NCBI GenBank assembly: GCA_963718615.1
Contig: OY970368.1
Span: forward strand, 4,832,001 to 4,896,000
Origin: an uncultured cyanobacterium
Lineage (GTDB): Bacteria; Cyanobacteriota; Cyanobacteriia; PCC-9006; JAAUQQ01
Direction: 5' to 3'
Length of the DNA stretch: 64,000 nt
Numbering within the stretch: the first letter of the stretch is position 1; each line of letters opens with the position of its first letter. The notes beneath the pieces are model-generated. The model saw only the letters and a list, made by a program, of their open reading frames with translations. It did no database searches and was not told the DNA's origin. This document shows positions 9,528 to 20,704 of the stretch, one piece after another. The position numbers were made by a program, and so were the translations under genes.

Positions 9528-11371
9528 CAATAAGCAGAATCAGTGTATTTTCGTAATCGGCTATTAATTCTAGCCCTGACAAGTCGCCGCATGGCTTTAG
9601 CCCTGTTTGTATATTTTGGATCACAATGAGATACAGTCATATGAGCTAGAGGAAGAACAAGCACAAATGGAGTCCATAGTAGCTTGGCAAAAAAGAACAC
9701 AAAGAATGTACTCAATCTAAGAATTTGATCAATTTCCTCAAGATTCGGCATCCTCAGTGCAATCTTTGAACTGAAGCTAATTTCGTGTAGAATTGGCGTA
9801 TGTTTTCTAATACACCTTGGCACTGGCTTCCTCAATAAGAAACATAGCGGATAAAGCAATAGAGACAGCAACAAGCGAGATCCATCGGCCTTAGACTCTG
9901 TTGAGGCAATAAATGAAAAAGGAATTCCAGTTAGTAGTATACCTGCACTTATTCCGCCCAGAGATATCAGCTCAAACTGCAAAGGTTCAAATTGGCTAAT
10001 CAGCAGCAGTGCAATAGTTCCTGTTGCGACAGCATTAAGGAAAAACAGAGTAGTCCAATAAAACCACTGCTCTCGTTTATCCTGTAGCCAGTACGGCTGA
10101 AGACTTTCCACTGAAAAACTAAACTCGCAATACTTTGTCTGAGATTGAGCTATCCATTGTAGAAAACGTTGAACTTGCTCGATATCAGGCTCCAACTTCA
10201 GACTTTTGAAAGCCCATTGTCTAGCTTTCAGCTCTTTTCTACCTCTATCCGCAAGGCGCATCTCATAACTTAATTGACGCTGAACATATTTCTCTAGTAA
10301 TTCAGTCTTAGCTGGAAGCTTTGTATTTAGATCATAGGCTCTCACCATTAGATTAAGAAATAGAGGTACTCGAAAAAGTTCTAAGCTGTCTTTTTCATCT
10401 TTGTTATTGTATGGGGCTGTAGTTGTTTTAACTAATCGCTTTATTGTCGCTAATAATTGATTGAGTTCGTACGAGTTTCGCTCACCAAACTTCGTCAAAT
10501 AATCATAAATTTGTATATCGCTTAGTGCTTTTAGATGGACTGCACCCCGTAGAGTTGAAAGAACTATTCCCGCCTGTCGAAACTCCTTCATCCGGCAACA
10601 AACTACCAAATGTGAATAGTGCCTCGCAAACTCATTGATTTTGTCTGTACATTTCTTCTGTCGCATCAACTCCAGTTCATCCAAACCATCCAGTAACGGC
10701 AACAACACCTGATGATCTAGCCAGGACTCATAAATCTTGTGCATTCGGCTTCCGCCAAAATTTTCGTACAGCTGTTCTAGCAACCAATCATGAATGCTTT
10801 GATTATTATCCCGCCAAGTAGAAAGCTCAAAAATGATTGGGATGACGGTTTTGGGATTGGCGATCGCCTCCCCCACCAACTGCTCTGCCAGCGTCAATAG
10901 CGTTGTCGTCTTCCCTGCCCCCGGCGTTCCCAAAATCAGCAGCTTGCCCTGGATATCCTCACGTGCATAGATTTGGATAATTGGTTGACGGGGATCGATC
11001 GTTTCCTCCTTTGCTGTTTCTGAAGTAAGGGTTTTCGTTGCCTCAAGAGCCCTAAACTGTGATCGTAACCGTCCCACCAACTCCGGCTCCTCCGACAAAT
11101 CCACCTCCGACAGCAATCCACCGTAAAGCGTATCCCGCAGCCGCTTCTTGATTTCTGGTTGCTGCTCTAGACGCAGGATACGATCGGCCCGATCCCAATC
11201 AATTCCAGGTTGTTCCGATCGCCTTCCAAATAAGGAAAAATATTGCTGGCGAATAATTTGAGCATGGGGAGAATTTTGTAGGGCGATCGCATCCCCACCC
11301 GCCTGCACCTGCTGCACCGAGCTGCCGTCAATTTGGGAATTTTGAATGTCCTGATTTTGGGAATCCGCCAT
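9528..11371 (-). pseudogene. NACHT (STAND/NLR-like) NTPase with C-terminal TM region, interrupted by insertion
   Basis: Walker A GTPGAGKTT, Walker B LPLLDGLDEL, VVCCR..EF, VPLFL; frame runs into the inserted element and stops at 9500. Confidence 0.88.
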
Positions 11372-11374
11372 GGT

Positions 11375-11839
11375 CTAGAACCCCAACAACGCCGCCGCCG
11401 GACCCAACCAGGGCGAAATCATTTCAAACACCTTAACCCCTTTTTCCCAGAGATTCTTACCCGTATCCGTCGCCTTGTCCACCCCCTCCAGCGCATCGCC
11501 CACCCGCTTGAGGTTCTTCGCCACCAAATCCTTATCCGGCTCTTCTTCTTGAACCTCCTGCTTCGCCGACTGCATATAGTTCAGCGCCTTCTGCTCCTGG
11601 GCAGCTGGCAACTGCGCTGCTTTAATCGCGCCCTCCAACTCCACCAGCAACCGCACCACCTCCGCCCCCGTCAACCCTTCCTGAGCTGCCGCCAGATTTC
11701 CCGACTGGCTGGCTGTGGCATTTTGCCCCGCCTGGACCATTTGCACCTGGGCATTGTTGATCGAGGTACCGCTGATCGCTTGGGATTGGGTCGGCTGAGC
11801 AGTCTGAACCGAATCGGGCTGGGATTTTTTCCAAAACAT
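11375..11839 (-). CDS. Small protein: N-terminal Q/N/S/G-rich motif plus helical domain; putative NACHT partner/effector
   Basis: ATG at 11839 with GAGG RBS; stop 3 nt before NACHT ATG; shares N-terminal motif with NACHT. Confidence 0.8.
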   Translation of the reverse strand: MFWKKSQPDSVQTAQPTQSQAISGTSINNAQVQMVQAGQNATASQSGNLAAAQEGLTGAEVVRLLVELEGAIKAAQLPAAQEQKALNYMQSAKQEVQEEEPDKDLVAKNLKRVGDALEGVDKATDTGKNLWEKGVKVFEMISPWLGPAAALLGF

Positions 11840-11938
11840 GGGCGATCGCCTCAATCTGCGTAAAACACTGGTCCCCATTGTACAAATCCCCATTGTACAA
11901 ACGAGTCCAGGAATGAACAGAAATTCGCAGCCCCCCTT

Positions 11939-12532
11939 CTACCGGCCCGCCCGCAATAAGACCTCCGCCGTTAATTTTAGATTCGGGAATGTTGGAGAGG
12001 CGATCGCCGCATCTCCCTGAAACGTCACAAAGACATAGCCCTCATTCGTCAAACTGCCCACCCTCACCCAAGCGAGGGATGGATCAATCTGCCACATTTC
12101 CGGGATTCCCCTGGATGCATATTCCTGAGGTTTACGCCCATAGTCCCGCTGGTAATTGTCTGAGTCTTCATTGCCGGGGGACACCACCTCAATCACCAGC
12201 CAAGGATTCGGCTCACCCAACCTCAAACAAACCTCGGCACGACCTTCGATCGCCAGGGCTGATTCCTCAGAATGAACAATCAAATCTGGATCCCGAACGG
12301 TCGCATAGACACTATCCACCTGAAGATGCTGCTTCATGCCCAATCGATAGAAAGGAAGCCCCATCTGTTGCAGAAAATGTGCATACAAAAAGCCTGCAAT
12401 CCAGTTATTGAGGGTACTTTCCGCTCCCATCGCAACTAGTACCCCATCCTCAAGCTCATAGCGGATATCCGTACCATCGTCATAGTTCAGATACTCCTCC
12501 AGAGACATTCGTTTTTGGGTGGCGACGGTCAT
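11939..12532 (-). CDS. Uma2-family endonuclease
   Basis: MSLEEYLNYDDGTD.RYELEDG, PDL, LVIEVVSPG, YASRGIPEMWQIDP. Confidence 0.92.
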   Translation of the reverse strand: MTVATQKRMSLEEYLNYDDGTDIRYELEDGVLVAMGAESTLNNWIAGFLYAHFLQQMGLPFYRLGMKQHLQVDSVYATVRDPDLIVHSEESALAIEGRAEVCLRLGEPNPWLVIEVVSPGNEDSDNYQRDYGRKPQEYASRGIPEMWQIDPSLAWVRVGSLTNEGYVFVTFQGDAAIASPTFPNLKLTAEVLLRAGR

Positions 12533-12646
12533 GGGCTGCTCCCGCTTAATTCACCAAACTAGTTCCATTGTAAGGCCAGTCTCCTAACCCCTTTTGCCCA
12601 AGGGAGCGGTAAACTGTAAGACGCGATCGCAGCAGTGGGATAATTT

Positions 12647-14845
12647 ATGGCTGTTTTTCTCCTTGAAGTCGGTACCGAAGAACTACCGGCATCCTTCGTC
12701 ACGGATGCCCTCGCCCAGTGGCGACAGCTCGTGCCCGCCAGTTTGGCCGAGGAATTTCTAGAGCCCAAATCCGTCGCCGTCTATGGAACGCCACGCCGTT
12801 TGGCCGTGGTGATTGAGGGGTTGCCCACACAGCAGCGCGATCGCGAAGAAGACATCAAAGGCCCCCCCGCCAGCGCCGCCTTCAAGGATGGCAAACCCAC
12901 CAAAGCCGCCGAAGGCTTCGCCCGCAAGCAAGGGGTTGAGCTCGCAGCGCTGGAAGTGCGCCCCACAGATAGAGGGGATTTTGTATTTGTCCAGAAAAAA
13001 ACTGCTGGACGACCCACAGCGGCAATTTTGACAGAGCTGATTCCCCGGTGGATCGGTGGGCTGGAAGGTAAACGCTTGATGCGCTGGGGCGATGGGGAAC
13101 TGCGGTTCTCGCGTCCGATTCGCTGGCTCGTGGCCCTGTTGGATGAGCAGTTGCTGGATTTGACGCTGGAGAATGGCTCAGCTCATTGCAATCAGTCGGT
13201 GAAGAGCGATCGCCAATCCCGAGGCCACCGGGTTCTCCACGACCAACCGGTCCTGCTCGACCATGCCAAAGACTACGTCGCTGCCCTCAAATCCGCCTTT
13301 GTCATGGTGGACCCCGCCGAGCGCGAAGCGGTGATTCGCCAGCAAACCCTAGCCGCCGCCAAAAAACAGGGCGGTGTGGCGGAAATGCCAGATGAGCTGA
13401 TGGCAGAGGTGGTCAATTTAGTGGAATGGCCCACGGCAGTCGTGGGTACCTTTGAAGACGAATTTCTCAACCTGCCCCCGGAGGTGATCACCACAGTGAT
13501 GATCAGCCACCAACGTTACTTTCCCCTACGCCACAAGGGTGCCCAGGACGACCGGGCCGCGACGGCGGCGACGAAGACCTTACTCCCCCATTTTGTGACG
13601 ATTTCCAATGGCGATCCGGCCAAGTCCGAGATTATTGCCGAGGGCAATGGTCGGGTCGTGCGCGCCAGGTTGGCCGATGGCGAGTACTTTTACAAAGCCG
13701 ATGCAGCCCAGTCTTTAGAAGCGTTTTTACCCAAATTGGAAACCGTGACGTTCCAGGCTTCTTTGGGATCGATGACGGCCAAGGCAGAACGGATTGAGGC
13801 GATCGCCGAACTGTTAGCAGACCAACTGGGTTTGATTGGCGACAACCGCCAGCAGATCCTCCGCGCCGCCAAACTCTGCAAAGCCGACCTCGTTAGCCAA
13901 ATGGTTTTTGAGTTTCCCGAGCTTCAGGGCATCATGGGCCAAAAGTACGCCCTTGTTAGCGGCGAATCCCCCGAAGTTGCCGCAGCAATGTATGAGCATT
14001 ATTTACCGCGCGGGGCCGGAGATGAGCTGCCCCAGAGTTTGATGGGGCAGGTGGTGGCGATCGCCGATCGCCTCGATACCCTCGTCAGTATTTTTGGTCT
14101 GGGCATGATTCCCTCCAGTTCCTCCGATCCCTTTGCCCTACGGCGGGCAGCCAATGCCATTGTTAATATTGTTTGGCATTCAGGACTGGCGCTCAACCTA
14201 GACCAGTTGCTTAGCCAAGCGGTGGATAAATTTGCTGGACGGTTCCCAGATTTGGTCGCGGATCCAGCGGGATTGCTCGGGCAACTGCGGGAATTTTTTC
14301 TGGGACGGGTGCGATCGCTCCTCCAGGAAGAACAGCAAATGGACTATGACCTGGTTAACGCCGTTCTGGGTGAAGGCGATGCGGAGTACACTGCACGGGC
14401 GTTGCAGGATCTGCTGGATGTGGGCGATCGCGCCCGGTTTCTGCAAGCCATTCGCCAGGATGGACGACTGGAGCAAATCTATGAATCGATTAACCGCTCT
14501 AGCCGTCTTGCCGCCAAGGGTGAGTTGGACTTTGCCGCGCTGGACGCCCAAGAAGTTGTAGATCCCAAGCTATTCCAACAGCCTACGGAGCAAGCTTTCT
14601 ACGAGGGTCTCGTGGCACTCTTGCCTAAAACCCAAGCCGCACAATCTTCACGGGACTATAACCAAGTCGTGGCCGCCCTCGCGGAAATTGCTCCAGCGGT
14701 GGCAGAGTTTTTTGATGGGGAGCAAAGCGTATTGGTGATGGATCCGGATCCGGCGGTTCAGGCTAATCGCTTAAATTTGCTCGGCATTTTGCGCAATCAT
14801 GGACGGGTTTTGGCGGATTTTGGGGCGATCGTGAAGGGCCAATAA
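12647..14845 (+). CDS. glyS: Glycine--tRNA ligase beta subunit
   Basis: [22 protein letters not shown]...[38 protein letters not shown]. Confidence 0.97.
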   Translation: MAVFLLEVGTEELPASFVTDALAQWRQLVPASLAEEFLEPKSVAVYGTPRRLAVVIEGLPTQQRDREEDIKGPPASAAFKDGKPTKAAEGFARKQGVELAALEVRPTDRGDFVFVQKKTAGRPTAAILTELIPRWIGGLEGKRLMRWGDGELRFSRPIRWLVALLDEQLLDLTLENGSAHCNQSVKSDRQSRGHRVLHDQPVLLDHAKDYVAALKSAFVMVDPAEREAVIRQQTLAAAKKQGGVAEMPDELMAEVVNLVEWPTAVVGTFEDEFLNLPPEVITTVMISHQRYFPLRHKGAQDDRAATAATKTLLPHFVTISNGDPAKSEIIAEGNGRVVRARLADGEYFYKADAAQSLEAFLPKLETVTFQASLGSMTAKAERIEAIAELLADQLGLIGDNRQQILRAAKLCKADLVSQMVFEFPELQGIMGQKYALVSGESPEVAAAMYEHYLPRGAGDELPQSLMGQVVAIADRLDTLVSIFGLGMIPSSSSDPFALRRAANAIVNIVWHSGLALNLDQLLSQAVDKFAGRFPDLVADPAGLLGQLREFFLGRVRSLLQEEQQMDYDLVNAVLGEGDAEYTARALQDLLDVGDRARFLQAIRQDGRLEQIYESINRSSRLAAKGELDFAALDAQEVVDPKLFQQPTEQAFYEGLVALLPKTQAAQSSRDYNQVVAALAEIAPAVAEFFDGEQSVLVMDPDPAVQANRLNLLGILRNHGRVLADFGAIVKGQ

Positions 14846-14885
14846 CACTTCAAAATGATGGAATGATGGGAATAAAAGTGGGGAT

Positions 14886-14916
14886 AAAAAAGGGGATGCA
14901 GATCAACCACATCCCC
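14886..14916 (-). terminator. Putative intrinsic terminator of the cpc operon (convergent with glyS)
   Basis: GGGGATG...CATCCCC stem with T-run on the minus strand. Confidence 0.55.
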
Positions 14917-14956
14917 AGCAATCGCTTTGCTCATTAAAGCAAGTCAGACTCTGGAT

Positions 14957-15826
14957 TTAGAGCGGAACAATACTCGCAATTTGTCCCCCTTGGCGACGCA
15001 CTCTTTGCAGATAGGGCGTCAGCTCTTCATAGGGAATCACAACGGCTTTGTTCACCCGACGAACCTTAGGATAGCGAGGTCCACTTGCCCCTGCAACTTC
15101 TACTCGATAGAAACGGCTAGAGGAAAACGCCTTGGAACCTCCAAAAGTACTGACTGGCGTATTGCCCTTCGCCGCAGGCAGGAAGGCAAAGCCACCGGCA
15201 CCACCAGAAGGCGGCAAGACCACAGAAGCCGAATTACGCGCTAAATCGTTGACCAGTCGAGGTGCATTCCCCGTTAACTGGGCGCGATCGCTATTCGCAG
15301 GACCCCGATAAAGCTGGAGCAAGCGAGGAAGTCCCACAGCTCTCTGACCAACACCCGTTGTGACCAAATCCCGGTAATAGGGAACAATATTTTCGCCAAA
15401 GCTGGTTTGATACTCAGAGGAGTCAATATAGGAGTCAATATCCGCATCAAATCCCTGGGATTGATACAGATTCAGGTGTTCGCTGATTTCTGACTGAGCA
15501 TAGGGAGCCCGTCCGAGCAAATGCTTGAAATTTAGCTCGATGGTCCGGCTCTGGAAACTGTTGTAGAAGAACTGTTGCTTGTACAGATCCGACTTCGCCA
15601 ATTGGCGCACAAATTCTTGAACGGTGATTTTGCGATCGCGCAATAAAGACTCCGCAATCACCAATCGCTCAGAGGTCAAAAGATGAGGATTCCCCAAAAC
15701 CTGCTGATACGCCGCGAGAATAACCGATTCAACTTCTGCTTGAGTTGCATTGGGACGTAGCTCCACCGGAGCAGCATTGCTAAATGCCGACGTTCCGAGG
15801 CGAGCTGCTGCTGTTGTAATAGCCAC
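14957..15826 (-). CDS. cpcC: Phycocyanin-associated rod linker polypeptide
   Basis: [41 protein letters not shown], CpcD-like C-terminus. Confidence 0.93.
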   Translation of the reverse strand: MAITTAAARLGTSAFSNAAPVELRPNATQAEVESVILAAYQQVLGNPHLLTSERLVIAESLLRDRKITVQEFVRQLAKSDLYKQQFFYNSFQSRTIELNFKHLLGRAPYAQSEISEHLNLYQSQGFDADIDSYIDSSEYQTSFGENIVPYYRDLVTTGVGQRAVGLPRLLQLYRGPANSDRAQLTGNAPRLVNDLARNSASVVLPPSGGAGGFAFLPAAKGNTPVSTFGGSKAFSSSRFYRVEVAGASGPRYPKVRRVNKAVVIPYEELTPYLQRVRRQGGQIASIVPL

Positions 15827-16001
15827 CTAAATTTCTCCTTCAGTACAAGGTAATGGACCAAGAGGGGGTATGTATCACAAGTTATTTTCATCACACAAGT
15901 TGTGCGTGACAAGTTGTACATGACAAGTGGTACATGACAACAGGATAACCTCCCTCCTCCCTAGCCCCTCTCCCTGAGGGAGAAGGGAGCCAGAGCCAAG
16001 G

Positions 16002-16817
16002 CTAAACGGGGGTAACGCTAACGACCTTCCGACCCGCCCGGCTTAACTGTTGGAGCTTGGGCGTCAATTGGTCATAGGACACCAGCAGGTCAACCGCACT
16101 CCGCCGCACAACGGCTGAATTGGGAGCAGCGGCTTGGAGAACCCGTAGCCGATACACACTACCCCGAGAGCCCCCTAAGGCACCGGAGAGCGCACTGGAA
16201 GAAGCAGAAGAAATGGGAGTAGACGAATTGCGAGCCACTTCCCAGGTTAAGCGAGGCTTGGTTTGACACTGGGCGCGATCGCTACTGGCATAACCACTAT
16301 AAAGATGCATCAACCGGCTAAAGCCAATCGCCCGCTGTCCGGGATGATCCACTTGAAAATCGCGATGATAGGGAACAATATTGTCCCCAAAACTGCTGTC
16401 ATACTCCGGAGAGTTGAGATAGGAATCAATTTCCGCTTCGTATCCCTGGGAAAGGAATAGATCCAAATGATAGGAAATCTCAGCTTGATCGTAGGGGGCT
16501 CGTCCCAACAGATGCTTATAATTCAGCTCAATAAAGCGCATGTGGAAGTTGGGATACAAAAACTTCTTGCGATAGAGCTCTGAGGTGGCGATCGCCCGCA
16601 CAAAATCCCGTACCGAAAGCACGCCGCGCATCAGCAGCGACTCAGGACCCACTAAACGCTCGCTATTCATCAGATGCTCATTGCCCAGCACCTGCCGATA
16701 GGCCGCCGAAATCACCGACTGCATCTCATCGGGTGTCCAGTTAGCACGCAATTCAACGGGTTCCGTTTCTCCAAAGGGTTGAATCCCTAATCGTCCTGCC
16801 TCTTGTAATCCAGCCAT
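16002..16817 (-). CDS. cpcC: Phycocyanin rod linker polypeptide (second CpcC paralogue)
   Basis: Start [11 protein letters not shown]; [31 protein letters not shown]. Confidence 0.9.
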   Translation of the reverse strand: MAGLQEAGRLGIQPFGETEPVELRANWTPDEMQSVISAAYRQVLGNEHLMNSERLVGPESLLMRGVLSVRDFVRAIATSELYRKKFLYPNFHMRFIELNYKHLLGRAPYDQAEISYHLDLFLSQGYEAEIDSYLNSPEYDSSFGDNIVPYHRDFQVDHPGQRAIGFSRLMHLYSGYASSDRAQCQTKPRLTWEVARNSSTPISSASSSALSGALGGSRGSVYRLRVLQAAAPNSAVVRRSAVDLLVSYDQLTPKLQQLSRAGRKVVSVTPV

Positions 16818-16961
16818 GTTGGTTTCCCCCACGCAAGGAATTAGTAAACCGATTTTTTCAAAAATTTTTAACTTTAACGCTTGATCGAAAACTGCCCGGA
16901 ATGATCGCAACAACACTATCACCTGGATAGCACTGCCGATCTTTCCGGGCAAACATCAGAC

Positions 16962-17447
16962 TTAGAGAGAGTTGATGATGTAGTCGATGTAGGAGTTGGC
17001 TTCCAGTGCAGGGTCACCGCTTAAACCGTGGTTAGCCTTGATATACTTGAGGGCTTCAGCATACCAGCTGGGAACCAATTCAAAGCTGCTGTGCATTTCA
17101 GCCAGACCAGCCAACAGGAATTCATCAGCAGGGCCAGTGCCGCCAGCAATCAGACAGTACTGAATGATGCGGACGTAGTAGCCGATGTCGCGCAGGCACT
17201 TAGCCTTACCGCGAGCGCTGGAGGCATAGTTGTTGCCCTGCATCGAGGTGGTGTAGGGGAAAGCTTGATAAACTGCATTAGCAGCGCCTTCAGCTAGCTG
17301 GTCTGCCTTGGCACCTAGGGCCTTAGCAGCTTCTAGGTCAGCATTGGCCAAGCGTAGGCGACCAAAAGCAACCTGAAGTTCAACGTTACCGAGGTAACGG
17401 CCTTGGGAATCAGCAGCTGCAACCGCTTCTGTTAATTGGGTTTTCAT
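16962..17447 (-). CDS. cpcA: C-phycocyanin alpha subunit
   Basis: [37 protein letters not shown]. Confidence 0.95.
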   Translation of the reverse strand: MKTQLTEAVAAADSQGRYLGNVELQVAFGRLRLANADLEAAKALGAKADQLAEGAANAVYQAFPYTTSMQGNNYASSARGKAKCLRDIGYYVRIIQYCLIAGGTGPADEFLLAGLAEMHSSFELVPSWYAEALKYIKANHGLSGDPALEANSYIDYIINSL

Positions 17448-17520
17448 TGGAATGATATCTCCCTCGTATTTTAGAAAGTTTTAAGTGGATCGAAGCCTTG
17501 AAACGTGAGCTTACAGATAA

Positions 17521-18039
17521 TTAGCTGACAGCTGCAGCTGCGCGGTCAAAGTAGCCACCCAATTCAGCCATGAGCGCGCTACAGTCGCCGGGGGTTACAC
17601 CGTTGCGATCGTTAGCAAGCGCGATCGCAGCTTCTTTCATTTTGAGCACGCTATTGGCCATGGAAGAGGTCGGAACACCCAATGCCAAATAGGTTTCACG
17701 CAGACCATTCAAGCAGCGGTCATCCAGCACGCTGGAATCGCCTAGGAACACTGCATAGGTCACGTAGCGCAGGATGATGTCCATGTCGCGCATACAGGCC
17801 GAGATCCGGCGGTTGGTATAAGCATTTCCACCAGGAGCAATGAGTTGAGGCTGCTCTTCAAATAACGCGCGAGCTGCATTGGTGACGATCGTCGATGCAG
17901 AGCCGGTAATGCGGTTTACAACATCGGTGCGCTTTGCACCATCACGAACCATGGCAGCCAGAGCGTCAATCTGAGCACCGCTCACCAATTGACCGCTATT
18001 ATCAGCCTGAGAAACAACCTTGGTAAAGGCATCTAACAT
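17521..18039 (-). CDS. cpcB: C-phycocyanin beta subunit
   Basis: [46 protein letters not shown]. Confidence 0.97.
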   Translation of the reverse strand: MLDAFTKVVSQADNSGQLVSGAQIDALAAMVRDGAKRTDVVNRITGSASTIVTNAARALFEEQPQLIAPGGNAYTNRRISACMRDMDIILRYVTYAVFLGDSSVLDDRCLNGLRETYLALGVPTSSMANSVLKMKEAAIALANDRNGVTPGDCSALMAELGGYFDRAAAAVS

Positions 18040-18497
18040 GGATCAAACTCCTTTAATTTTCTCGGTTGGATAAACTTCAATTTCAAAAACTGAGGTAATT
18101 CAGTTTAGGTTTTAAGGTTGACCGCAAAAGCAGTCTTAGAAAATCGTTACACAAATAATCTGATGAATCAGCCAACAGCCTAATACTCCATCCATTTCAA
18201 AGCAGACAGTCTGCAAGAAATACCAGACTCTTAAAAGAATCTGGTGAGATTAGGTATTGATTTGTCAACGATAGAATAGGAGCACGCCTTAGGAAACTGA
18301 GCCTCAAACCCGGTGGAGTCTAGGGTTTAGCCCCTTGAGCTGTCCTTGCTGTCATTAGAGCAAGTTTTTTGTGCAAAATTCATGCAATTTTCAGAATAAT
18401 GAGTTTCGGAAAGTGTTAAGAAACACAAACGACAGTAGAACCCTTACTGGACGGTCTTTTCAAGGTTTTTCCTGAATGAAAATCTTGCAATCAAACT

Positions 18498-19829
18498 TTA
18501 CATATCCCGAGTATCTTTTGGGGTTGATTTTCTGCTAGGCAGCATCACTTCAAAACAACTTCCCACGTCAAGCTGACTTTTAGCCCCAATTCTTCCCCCA
18601 TGTTGTTGCACGATCGCCTTGGCGATCGCCAATCCCAAACCACTGCCCCCAGCCCGTCGAGTCCGAGCTTTTTCTGCCCGCCAAAATCGATCGAAAATAA
18701 ATGGCAATTCTGCCGCTGCAATGCCAATCCCCGTATCCTCCACGCGAATCTTGACCCATGCGGGGTCCTGTACCATCGCAATCAAAACATGTCCCCCCGT
18801 GCGATTGTATTGCACGGCGTTCTGCAGCAAATTAGAAAATAAGCGACTGAGCTGAGCGCGATCGCCCATGACAATAGCCGCAAGGCCACTCAGCGTCAGC
18901 GAAACATCCTTGGCCTTGGCCGCTGGCTCTAGCAGCAGCAAAAGCTCCCGCAATAACATTCCTAGGTCCACTACCTCCGATTGCCGAGGCACCACGGTTT
19001 CACCTACGTCCATACGCGCCAAGAGCAGCAGGTCTTCCGCGAGGTAGCTCATTTGGGTCGCAGCGCTGGCGATCGCCCCCAACTTTTTGACGTCCTTAGG
19101 ATGAATCCGCTCGGGATGGTTTTGCATCACATCCACCGAAGCGCGAATGGCCGTAAGGGGACCCCGCAATTCATGGGAGGCATCGGCGGTGAACTGCTTA
19201 AGCTGACGATAGCTGGTTTCGACGGGACGTAGCGATCGCTGGGTCAGCCACAATCCCCCCAAGCCAGCCAATCCCAGGGCCGACAAACCGCCTAGACTCA
19301 ATACTCCAATGAGCTGCTGCTGCAACTGTTGAATATCTTCCAGGGACTGGCTAGCCCGCACATAGCCTTCGAGGGTTGGTTTTTGCCCAGCGACGGGATC
19401 CTTAAATACGGACACCGTGAACGTGCGCACGGGCGCATCATCGGCATTTTCCGTCGGCTGAACAAGGCTCGTAGTATGTGCCCCCATCTCAACAACGACA
19501 GGAAGCTTGAGGGGTCCTGAGGCCACCAATCGCCGTCCTTGAGCATTAAACCACTCCAGGGTTTGGTGGTCCCGATTGAAGATATCCCGCCAGGGTACTT
19601 CGTCCATTTGGGTGAGATAGCGATCGCCCAACACCTGCACCCCACTCAAAGAAGGCGTCGCCGCTTGGGCTAGGGTCATCAGTTTTTTATCCAACTGTTG
19701 GTAGAGGCTGCGACTAAAAAAGGCGTAGACCTCAAGACCCACAAGGCCAAAGATCACAGCCACGACCAAGAGCTGACAAAACAACAGTTGCCAGCGCAAA
19801 CCCTGAAATAAATTACGCATACGTCCCAT
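18498..19829 (-). CDS. Membrane sensor histidine kinase (RppB/NrsS-like)
   Basis: Two TM helices, FTADASHELRGP H-box, NLLQNAVQY, DTGIGI, GGSGLGLAI. Confidence 0.92.
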   Translation of the reverse strand: MGRMRNLFQGLRWQLLFCQLLVVAVIFGLVGLEVYAFFSRSLYQQLDKKLMTLAQAATPSLSGVQVLGDRYLTQMDEVPWRDIFNRDHQTLEWFNAQGRRLVASGPLKLPVVVEMGAHTTSLVQPTENADDAPVRTFTVSVFKDPVAGQKPTLEGYVRASQSLEDIQQLQQQLIGVLSLGGLSALGLAGLGGLWLTQRSLRPVETSYRQLKQFTADASHELRGPLTAIRASVDVMQNHPERIHPKDVKKLGAIASAATQMSYLAEDLLLLARMDVGETVVPRQSEVVDLGMLLRELLLLLEPAAKAKDVSLTLSGLAAIVMGDRAQLSRLFSNLLQNAVQYNRTGGHVLIAMVQDPAWVKIRVEDTGIGIAAAELPFIFDRFWRAEKARTRRAGGSGLGLAIAKAIVQQHGGRIGAKSQLDVGSCFEVMLPSRKSTPKDTRDM

Positions 19830-19831
19830 CC

Positions 19832-20584
19832 CTAGGAAACTCCAGCCGGTAACGGTCGCACCGTTGTATCTCGAACCATCGCTTTGGCTGAGGGAAGCTG
19901 ACCTGAGGTCAGGGGATCTGCCTTAAGGCGATAGCCCAAGCCATAGACCGTTGTAATGGGATTGGGGGCTCCGGCGGCTTTGAGCTTTTGGCGAAGGCCC
20001 CGGATATGGGCTTTGACTGTGGCCTCTTCGGGCATGTCTTCGAAGCCCCAAAGGTGATCCAGCAACTGAGTGCGGCTAAAAACGCGACCCGGATGGCGTA
20101 GAAAAAATTCAAGCAAACTGTATTCCTTGGGACTGAGCGCAATCGGGCTGTTTCCCCAACTGACTTCGCAGGTGCTAGGGTCGAGCCGTAACACTCCCCA
20201 TTCAAGAACTGGCGGCAAGGTTGTTTCGCCCCGCCGGACCAGGGCGCGAATCCGGGCAGACAGTTCTTGTAATGCAAACGGCTTCACCAGATAGTCATCG
20301 GCCCCCGCATCCAGACCTAAAACGCGATCGGAAACCGTATCCTTTGCCGTCAACATGAGAATGGGCAATGTATATCCCGCCGTTCGCAGTCGCTGGCACA
20401 ACTCAATACCATCAATCCCCGGCAACATCACATCCAAAAGCATCAGATCGTAGGTATAGGTTTCCAGTAACGCCCACCCCGCCGCGCCATCTAACGCCAC
20501 TTCAACCACATGATTTTGATCCGCTAGATCTTCAGCCAACGCATCGGCAATCCGCTCATCGTCCTCGACTAAGAGAATCCGCAT
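19832..20584 (-). CDS. OmpR-family response regulator
   Basis: RILLVEDD, LLDVMLP, GADDYLVKPF, winged helix TVYGLGYR. Confidence 0.95.
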   Translation of the reverse strand: MRILLVEDDERIADALAEDLADQNHVVEVALDGAAGWALLETYTYDLMLLDVMLPGIDGIELCQRLRTAGYTLPILMLTAKDTVSDRVLGLDAGADDYLVKPFALQELSARIRALVRRGETTLPPVLEWGVLRLDPSTCEVSWGNSPIALSPKEYSLLEFFLRHPGRVFSRTQLLDHLWGFEDMPEEATVKAHIRGLRQKLKAAGAPNPITTVYGLGYRLKADPLTSGQLPSAKAMVRDTTVRPLPAGVS

Positions 20585-20704
20585 TGCTCTGCCTCCTGAA
20601 TTCGTCCCTAGGGGGCAATCTGGACGATCGCCCCCTAGGCTTAGTAAATCTCTTTCTTTGACGAAAATTTTAGGTCAGAGTTCCGCGATCGCCCCAAACA
20701 CCCA

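Noticed and set aside
15946-15997. CCCTAGCCCCTCTCCC...GGGAGAAGGG hairpin between the linker genes
   Set aside because: Looks like a common cyanobacterial intergenic palindromic repeat; nothing specific.
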